Shown here piece after piece: positions 27,104-33,133 of a stretch of DNA of 33,133 nt; position 1 is the stretch's first letter, and every line of letters begins with the position of its first letter. Origin of the DNA: a virus (taxonomy: Duplodnaviria; Caudoviricetes); IMG/VR virus record IMGVR_UViG_3300006893_000016, positions 1 through 33,133 of that record; one strand, given 5' to 3'. Made by a program: the position numbers and the translations under genes. The notes under the pieces are model-generated. The model had not been told where the DNA came from and made no database searches. It was given only the letters and a program-made list of their open reading frames with translations.

Positions 27104-28251
27104 AAACTAAACTCCTTCTCATCGTCGTACTAGCTCTCGCATTGGCTGCTGGAGCGCGTGCGCAGGCGCTCATTTCCTCTGGCCCGATAACGCTCTCGGG
27201 GCAGAACGGTACCATCATCCAAGGCTTACACATAACCAATCCCACGGGTGCGTGTGTAACCCTGACCAGCTCCACGAATATCATCATCCGCAGGTCGGAG
27301 ATCGGGCCATGTAACGGAAACGCTATAAGGATCAGCGGTGGAAGCGGCAACGCAGTCTATGACAACTACATTCATCCAGAGACACTGAACGGCTCCGGAT
27401 GCTGTGACCACGACGACGGGATTTTTGCTTCGGGAACGTCCAGTCTTACGATTCAGGGCAACGTCATTGCTTATAGCGAGTCCAACATTGAAGTTACGGG
27501 AAGCAGTACCGTCATCGCCACGGGAAACTTTCTACTAAACCCCAGAGGACCATTTCCCAGAGGACAGAACTTTCAGGCGTACACCGGCAATAGCAACATC
27601 ACCGTTCAAGACAACTATGCTCTGTCGAGTACAGACACGAGCAAGTACACCTTCGCTGAAAATCAGGAAGACTCCATCAATTTTGGTTTGACCAACGGAA
27701 TTATTGCGCAGAGAAATTACGTCACCGGTGGGCACAGTCTTTCGGGCTGCGGGATAATCGCGGACGACGGAGCCAACAGCGCCCAATTTAGAAGCAACCG
27801 CCTTCTTGACACTGGCCAGTGTGGTGTCAGCATAGCGGATGGAACCAACCAAATCGTTGACAGCAACAAGGTCTATAACACAACCCCCGTGGTGGGGGGT
27901 GGCAACACCGCCATCATGACCTGGAAGCAGTACACCAATCCCTGTGGTCCGACAACGGTTTCCAACAATATAGCAGACGAAATCAAGCCTGACGGCTCGC
28001 ATTCGGGCTTTTGGGACGGCGGTGGGTGCTCTACCACGCTGAGTGGCAACACCTTCAGCCAGCCAGCAGATGCTTTACTGACTCCGATCGGCACCGTCTT
28101 TGCACCTCCGTTAATTCCGCCGATACCAAAGGATTGCGTGGCGGTTTCTCCCTATACAAACAACACGACCACGTCTTCCTGCTCCAACTTCACTCCTCCT
28201 TCAACGACGCGCCCCAACCCACCTACAGGCCTGACCGCGGTGCCACATTGA
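27071..28251 (+). repeat. 33-bp direct repeat at gene junctions (27071-27103, 28219-28251)
   Basis: 30/33 identical, exact 18-bp core ACCGCGGTGCCACATTGA, mismatches synonymous. Confidence 0.92.
27100..28251 (+). CDS. Second exported beta-helix protein with C-terminal PPTGLTAVPH
   Basis: TTG start overlapping TGA; signal peptide ...AGARA|Q; repeats VYDNYI, IQGNVI, VQDNYA, VSNNIA; many Cys. Confidence 0.85.
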   Translation: MKTKLLLIVVLALALAAGARAQALISSGPITLSGQNGTIIQGLHITNPTGACVTLTSSTNIIIRRSEIGPCNGNAIRISGGSGNAVYDNYIHPETLNGSGCCDHDDGIFASGTSSLTIQGNVIAYSESNIEVTGSSTVIATGNFLLNPRGPFPRGQNFQAYTGNSNITVQDNYALSSTDTSKYTFAENQEDSINFGLTNGIIAQRNYVTGGHSLSGCGIIADDGANSAQFRSNRLLDTGQCGVSIADGTNQIVDSNKVYNTTPVVGGGNTAIMTWKQYTNPCGPTTVSNNIADEIKPDGSHSGFWDGGGCSTTLSGNTFSQPADALLTPIGTVFAPPLIPPIPKDCVAVSPYTNNTTTSSCSNFTPPSTTRPNPPTGLTAVPH

Positions 28252-29171
28252 GAACCATGATCGGCGGCGACGGCTTAGACACAACTGCGGCCACGAAAGC
28301 GTACCTCCTTTCGCACAATCAGTTATTCCTCGCAAATCTTTTTATGATCGGCGACCTTGAGGATCCCGCCGCGCAGCTTATTTGCGACTGGGAAGCACCG
28401 CTCTCCTGGCCGGTGTATGGAACATTCAAGCCAGGCGTCACGAAGCGCGGCCAGATCACTTCGGAAATTGGACTTAAAGTCGCCGCACTGGATCTTGAGT
28501 GGAGCCCTCCAGTCACAGCGTTTACCACGGACGTCGCATCAGCGAATCCTTACCAGCTCGCGCAACTGGGTTTCTATGACAACAAGATTGTGCGTATGTG
28601 GCGAACGATCATGCCCACGCCTGGAGATGCGAATACTTATGGCGCATGCATCTTGTTTGGTGGACGCGTCGCAGACTGCACGGTAGAGCGCGGGAAGATC
28701 AAATTCACGGTCGACAGTTTCCTTGACGTAGTGAATCAGCTCGTTCCGCCGAACGTCATCGAAGTAACGAACACACTCGCGAATTATAAAGGCGCGACTC
28801 CGGTACTAGCTGACGGTGAGACCGTCGTCCCCACGTTCACTATTGCCGCAGGCAGTAACGCGACAAACCTTCTCGGCATCTGTACCGCGCCGACCGCCAA
28901 TAAAATCTACGGCGACAACAAATTGCAGTTTGGATACGTGGTTTTCACTTCCGGAGCGCTTGCAGGATTCTGGAGCGCGATCGCCACCAGTAATAATTTC
29001 CAGCCCATACCGGGCGGTCCGCACTACAACCAGATCATCGTGTACAGCCCGTTTCCCTGGGATCCAACGCCAGGCGATACCTTTTACGTTTCCACACACT
29101 TTCCGATCGAGCAGGCCGATGGCAGCTATGTTGGATTTCCTTTCGTGCCCGCTCCGGAGACGGCTTTATGA
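28248..29171 (+). CDS. Tail tip hub protein (DUF2163/BR0599-like)
   Basis: TTG 28248 overlaps upstream TGA; LFGGRVAD, PTPGDTFYV, YVGFPFVPAPETAL. Confidence 0.8.
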   Translation: MRTMIGGDGLDTTAATKAYLLSHNQLFLANLFMIGDLEDPAAQLICDWEAPLSWPVYGTFKPGVTKRGQITSEIGLKVAALDLEWSPPVTAFTTDVASANPYQLAQLGFYDNKIVRMWRTIMPTPGDANTYGACILFGGRVADCTVERGKIKFTVDSFLDVVNQLVPPNVIEVTNTLANYKGATPVLADGETVVPTFTIAAGSNATNLLGICTAPTANKIYGDNKLQFGYVVFTSGALAGFWSAIATSNNFQPIPGGPHYNQIIVYSPFPWDPTPGDTFYVSTHFPIEQADGSYVGFPFVPAPETAL

Positions 29172-29206
29172 AAATTATTTATAGAAAACCTTGAGGACAC
29201 TGCCCG

Positions 29207-29710
29207 ATGCCCGGAGTTCCGAGCACGCTTACAAAAATTGGTAGCCGCGAGCACGTTGTCATGGAGGCGCGTTCATGGCAGGGCACGCCATACCACTTGG
29301 GCGGACGCGTGAAGCGCGCTGGCGTGGATTGCGGAACGTACCTCATGGAAGTGCTGATCGCTTGCAGTCTAGTCACCAGGGCAGAGTTTGAGGACTTAGG
29401 TTTCTACGGTCACGACTGGTTCTGTCACGAAACCTCCGACCCGAGACGCTACCTCCGCATGATGATGCGCCACGCGGAGCTTGTGATGGAAGGCGTGGCC
29501 TACGTTTCCACGCGCACCGAACCAGGCAATCTCGTTCTATCCAAAGTCGTTGACAGCAAGCACTACAACCACGGCGGCATCGTCACCGAATGGCCACGAG
29601 TGATGCACTGTGTCGCGGAGACGGGTGTAGGCGAAGTTGATGCGACCACCGACCCGCTGTGGTGCCCGCAAAAGGTTGCCATCTTCGATCCTTGGAGGAA
29701 GCCATCTTAG
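29207..29710 (+). CDS. NlpC/P60 tail peptidase
   Basis: ARSWQGTPYHLGGRVKRAGVDCG ... HGGIV ... MHC. Confidence 0.92.
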   Translation: MPGVPSTLTKIGSREHVVMEARSWQGTPYHLGGRVKRAGVDCGTYLMEVLIACSLVTRAEFEDLGFYGHDWFCHETSDPRRYLRMMMRHAELVMEGVAYVSTRTEPGNLVLSKVVDSKHYNHGGIVTEWPRVMHCVAETGVGEVDATTDPLWCPQKVAIFDPWRKPS

Positions 29711-32700
29711 GCGGTAAATCACAGGCATCTACGCGGCCGACGGCACTCGGGTCGATGCTGCAGTCGTCGACTTACGGGGCGACGATCCCGATGGTCATCG
29801 GAACGACGCGCTCACCCTTTCTGCCGATCTGGGCCGCTGACCTGCGCATTGGCGCCAGCGGGAAAAAGGGTAAAGGCAAAGGCAAAAAGGGCCCTCCAAC
29901 GTATGTCGAAAACATCGACATGCTCATCGGTTCTAATCCCATCCTGAACGTGCTGCAAATTTGGTTCAACGCAGTGCGATACCCGCTGAACTTCCTCACG
30001 CAGGATTTCCCGCCGGTTGCAGGACTGGTTCCCACGGTCTTCACCATTTCGGATCCCAATTTTTACGCGTTGGTTGGCGTAACGATTTTTGAATTAGGCG
30101 ACCTGCCCGGCACCTTCAATGATTACGGTGCCCAGGGACCGGTCAACTACAACCGAGCTGGCCAAGAGTGGCCGATGTGGAATGCCTTCCAGGTTGGCCC
30201 TGATCCCATCAACGAGTCAGGCTACCGCTTCACTCCCTACACCTATCGTTGGAATCCATCGTTCGGACCTACTTTTCAGGTGGATGCGGATCTGGGCGGC
30301 AATGTGGTTCTCCTCGGAACCGTGCGCGCTTACTACGCGCAACTATCAGCGGTCATCAAGCACAAAACGCCGCTCGCACAGGCCAGGCTGACATTTGAGA
30401 ATCAGCTTGGCAACGGTCCGGAGTTTGCCAATTCTTCGCGACCTGGACAGCAAATTATTTACCCGCAGTACGCCGGCTGTGGCTCACCGAACATTGACCT
30501 TGGAAGCTCTGGCGCAATCCCCAGCCTTCGCCCTGAAGTGCAAGGTTCATACACCATGTACCCGCGGGGCGATGTCGATTTCACCGACATGATCGAATCG
30601 GTGGTGCGCAGCGGCGTGCTCCATACTGGTTACGAGCTCGCGGAGATTCAGCGCGGCGTTAATTGCTGCGAGTTTCCCGGCCCGATTCAGAAAAAATATC
30701 AGTATCAGCCTGACGGTGGCGTGCGATTCCTCCCGCCCGACTACATCGTCACTGAAGGTAACTACATGCTGGTGTTCGCGCGCCGCAGAGACGACGGCAC
30801 CCCGCAAGCCATCTCCGACACGGCAGGGAATAGCTGGATCTCACTCTATTCTGGAGCGACTAACGGTGCGCAGATAGACGTCTGGTACGCGATCCACAAC
30901 GGCGGCACGCTCACGTCCATCCACGTCACGCCCAGCGGTTTCGATATGGGATTTGAGTTTTACGAAATGGGCGGCGTCGACACGCTCGACAGCTTTCAAA
31001 TGTTCACCGGCACGACGAAGAGTCCCATCGGATCTATCGCGACCTCGAACGAAGCTGGCACCCCCGCGTTCGCGATGGCGTTTTTCGATTGCTACATACA
31101 GTCAGGCAGCGCACCGCAGCGCATCTGGCGCGATCTGATTCCAAAGTCGGTCATGGGCACGCTTACCGGCTCCTTCTATCGAACCGTTTATTTTCCGGGC
31201 GCGCTGACTTTCCAGATGCCCAACGCTTTTGGGACCGCGCAACCTTGGGCGCTGTTCATGATCGCCTTCAAGAATTCGCAGCCCGTTCCGTACGTGAAAG
31301 CGCTCGGAAATATCTTGGATGAGGACGCGCTCACACTGACGCGCAATCAGTGTCGAACTGGCGGATTATTCGGCTCCGTCTCGATGGATTCGCAACGCAA
31401 GGCCAGCGACTGGCTGGCGGACTTCGCCACTTGTGCCAACGCCGTGTATGTGTGGAGCGGCGACAAACTGAAAGTTATCCCGCGCAGTGAGGTCAGCGCC
31501 ACTGACCGTGGCGCGATCTACATTTCACCGACTGCCGCAGGCCCGGTTGCGGACTTGAGCGAAAAGGATTTCATCGCCGATAGCAGCACGCCTCCGGTCA
31601 CAGTGAAACGCACGGCCCAGGTGGACCTGCCAAACATCCTGCAGATCGAGCACCTCGACAGAAACTCCGACTACAACCAATGCGTTACTTCGCAACCGGA
31701 TGCTGCTTCAGTGGCGCTCTACGGCCCGCGCAAAGCCTCGCCGCAAACGCTGCACATGATTCAGGACCCGGTGATTGCGCGGAAAATTCTTTCTATCCAA
31801 ACGCGCCGTAACGCTTACATCCGCAATACCTACAGCTTCAAACTCAAGACGCAATGGGTGCTCCTCGAGCCGATGGATTTGGTGACGCTCACGGAGCCGC
31901 TGCTCGGCCTAAACAAATTACCGGTCCGGCTGACTAAGGTCGCGGAGAACGACAAATTCGAACTCGACTGTGAAGCTGAGCCGTTTCTCTATGGTGTCCA
32001 CGCACCAAACGTGCTGACGGCGACGGCGCCGCAACCGAACTCCACATTTCAAAACATCATCGCAGATCCCGGCAGCGTCAATGTGCCCCTCATCTTTGAG
32101 CCACTGCCCCGGCTGTATGGGAGCCTGCCGACAGCCCAATTGTGGGCGGTGGTCTCCAGCCCGAATCCTGCTTACGGAGGTTGCCTTGTCTATGTCTCAA
32201 CGGATGGTGGCGGGAGCTACAACCAAATTCAAGATCCCAAAGCAGCGGGAATAATAATCGGCAATGCCACCACTGGCAAAGTTGTCACCGACTGGCCTGC
32301 TGCGGCTGATCCCGATACTACTAACGATCTCTTGCTGGACCTCACGGAAAGCAACGGTTCACTGCAGTCCATCAGTCTCATTGATGAAAATAATTTCATA
32401 GATCCTTGTTACGTTGAAGGTGCAGGAAGTCCTAGCCCTACAGTAAATGGTGCAGCTCAAACCAGCGGTTTCAACGACCCACCTCCGCCTCTTGAGTGTG
32501 CTTTTACTAGCGTCCCCAATGCTGCGATTATCAATGCTGGTGGTCCCAACACAGGCCAAAGCCAACAAATTTTCGTCGTGGGACATTTCCGCAGTGGCTA
32601 CTATTTCGCCAACGGTCCATCTGGAGGAATGGTGCAGGCCCCGTGTTTGTGGACTCCATCTCCCCCAGGCCGCTGCGTACGCATCAACATCGGGCGTTGG

Positions 32701-33133
32701 ACCACGCAATGCTGCAACTCATTAACTATCTTCAATCAAGGATCGGCGCTCGGCACAGTCTACGATCTGGAAATGGCAGCTATTTCCGTGGCCAACGGCG
32801 GTCCAGCTACTTTCGGTTTGTTTTTCGGAAACACTACGGACTGCTTTGGAATTATTCACGGAGAAGAATTTGCAGGCACAGTAGTCGTACCGATTTTTGG
32901 ATCGTGGTCGTTGTGTATGATTTATGTCCCCCCACATACACCTGGAAATCCCGGCATCGTTATCGCGCTTCTGGACGGAGCGATTACCATGACGCCTGCT
33001 GGTTGGGCGCATCCTGCTCCGACCGATGCAGGGTATTGCGGAGTGTTCTGGAAGTACGCCACGCAACCAGACCCTGCCGGTGACAATTACGAACTGATGA
33101 CCTACGCGGTCGCCAACCTGACCGCGCAAAGTA
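29704..33133 (+). CDS. Large tail tip / central fibre protein (GTA-type phage tail family), 3'-truncated by window; not in ORF track
   Basis: Manual translation shows no stop from 29641 to the end (over 1140 codons); SSTYGATIPMVIGTTR, QRKASDWL...VWSGDKLKVIP, LLEPMDLVTL, YGGCLVYVSTDGG. Confidence 0.9.
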   Translation, partial: MLGGKSQASTRPTALGSMLQSSTYGATIPMVIGTTRSPFLPIWAADLRIGASGKKGKGKGKKGPPTYVENIDMLIGSNPILNVLQIWFNAVRYPLNFLTQDFPPVAGLVPTVFTISDPNFYALVGVTIFELGDLPGTFNDYGAQGPVNYNRAGQEWPMWNAFQVGPDPINESGYRFTPYTYRWNPSFGPTFQVDADLGGNVVLLGTVRAYYAQLSAVIKHKTPLAQARLTFENQLGNGPEFANSSRPGQQIIYPQYAGCGSPNIDLGSSGAIPSLRPEVQGSYTMYPRGDVDFTDMIESVVRSGVLHTGYELAEIQRGVNCCEFPGPIQKKYQYQPDGGVRFLPPDYIVTEGNYMLVFARRRDDGTPQAISDTAGNSWISLYSGATNGAQIDVWYAIHNGGTLTSIHVTPSGFDMGFEFYEMGGVDTLDSFQMFTGTTKSPIGSIATSNEAGTPAFAMAFFDCYIQSGSAPQRIWRDLIPKSVMGTLTGSFYRTVYFPGALTFQMPNAFGTAQPWALFMIAFKNSQPVPYVKALGNILDEDALTLTRNQCRTGGLFGSVSMDSQRKASDWLADFATCANAVYVWSGDKLKVIPRSEVSATDRGAIYISPTAAGPVADLSEKDFIADSSTPPVTVKRTAQVDLPNILQIEHLDRNSDYNQCVTSQPDAASVALYGPRKASPQTLHMIQDPVIARKILSIQTRRNAYIRNTYSFKLKTQWVLLEPMDLVTLTEPLLGLNKLPVRLTKVAENDKFELDCEAEPFLYGVHAPNVLTATAPQPNSTFQNIIADPGSVNVPLIFEPLPRLYGSLPTAQLWAVVSSPNPAYGGCLVYVSTDGGGSYNQIQDPKAAGIIIGNATTGKVVTDWPAAADPDTTNDLLLDLTESNGSLQSISLIDENNFIDPCYVEGAGSPSPTVNGAAQTSGFNDPPPPLECAFTSVPNAAIINAGGPNTGQSQQIFVVGHFRSGYYFANGPSGGMVQAPCLWTPSPPGRCVRINIGRWTTQCCNSLTIFNQGSALGTVYDLEMAAISVANGGPATFGLFFGNTTDCFGIIHGEEFAGTVVVPIFGSWSLCMIYVPPHTPGNPGIVIALLDGAITMTPAGWAHPAPTDAGYCGVFWKYATQPDPAGDNYELMTYAVANLTAQS

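Larger units (their letters stand above)
1..33133 (+). mobile_element. Tailed phage/prophage segment (siphovirus-like, GTA-like tail tip), incomplete
   Basis: Canonical order terS-terL-portal-protease-MCP-adaptor-neck-terminator-tube-TAC-TMP-Dit-hub-NlpC-tip, all on + strand with many overlapping stop/start codons; no sheath gene. Confidence 0.97.

Noticed and set aside
28011-28247. N-terminal extension of hub ORF
   Set aside because: Overlaps ORF 27100; TTG 28248 (or ATG 28257) fits coupling
136-33129. All minus-strand ORFs and alternative-frame + ORFs in the track (e.g. 8986-9711, 14237-15166, 23711-24637)
   Set aside because: Shadows of well-supported + strand genes, with no recognisable motifs
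1-33133. CRISPR array, tRNA, DGR (RT, TR/VR), invertase shufflon, genome-wide stop recoding
   Set aside because: No regularly spaced repeats, cloverleaf, RT or recombinase seen; repeat mismatches are synonymous rather than adenine-specific; TAA, TAG and TGA all end well-supported genes
23005-33133. Interpretation as a gene transfer agent
   Set aside because: Tip is GTA-like, but the initiator-like gene, long TMP and many accessory genes indicate a true phage

Overview
A 33 kb single-strand (+) segment of a tailed, non-contractile (siphovirus-like) phage or prophage. It runs from the late early/replication region (cold-shock protein, HNH nuclease, replication initiator-like protein) through packaging (terS, terL), head (portal, gpF/gp7-like protein, protease-scaffold, major capsid), neck and tail (tube, G/GT chaperone, tape measure) to a GTA-like tail tip (DUF2460-like Dit, DUF2163-like hub, NlpC/P60, and a large tip protein cut by the window end and missing from the ORF track). 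No integrase, lysin, RNA gene or CRISPR is visible. Family calls come from recognised motifs, not database searches. The host may be Acidobacteriota-like, inferred only from the style of the exported proteins. Three things stand out. (1) A probable programmed -1 frameshift at A AAA AAC fuses the portal to the gpF/gp7-like protein, in addition to the usual tail chaperone frameshift. (2) Three signal-peptide proteins are wedged between Dit and hub: an Ig-repeat stalk ending in an FN3 domain that lacks strand A, and two beta-helix proteins that both end in the missing strand-A-like peptide PPTGLTAVPH, suggesting a split-FN3 plug-and-socket adhesin system. (3) Accessory genes are repeatedly bracketed by short direct repeats that duplicate the gene junction.
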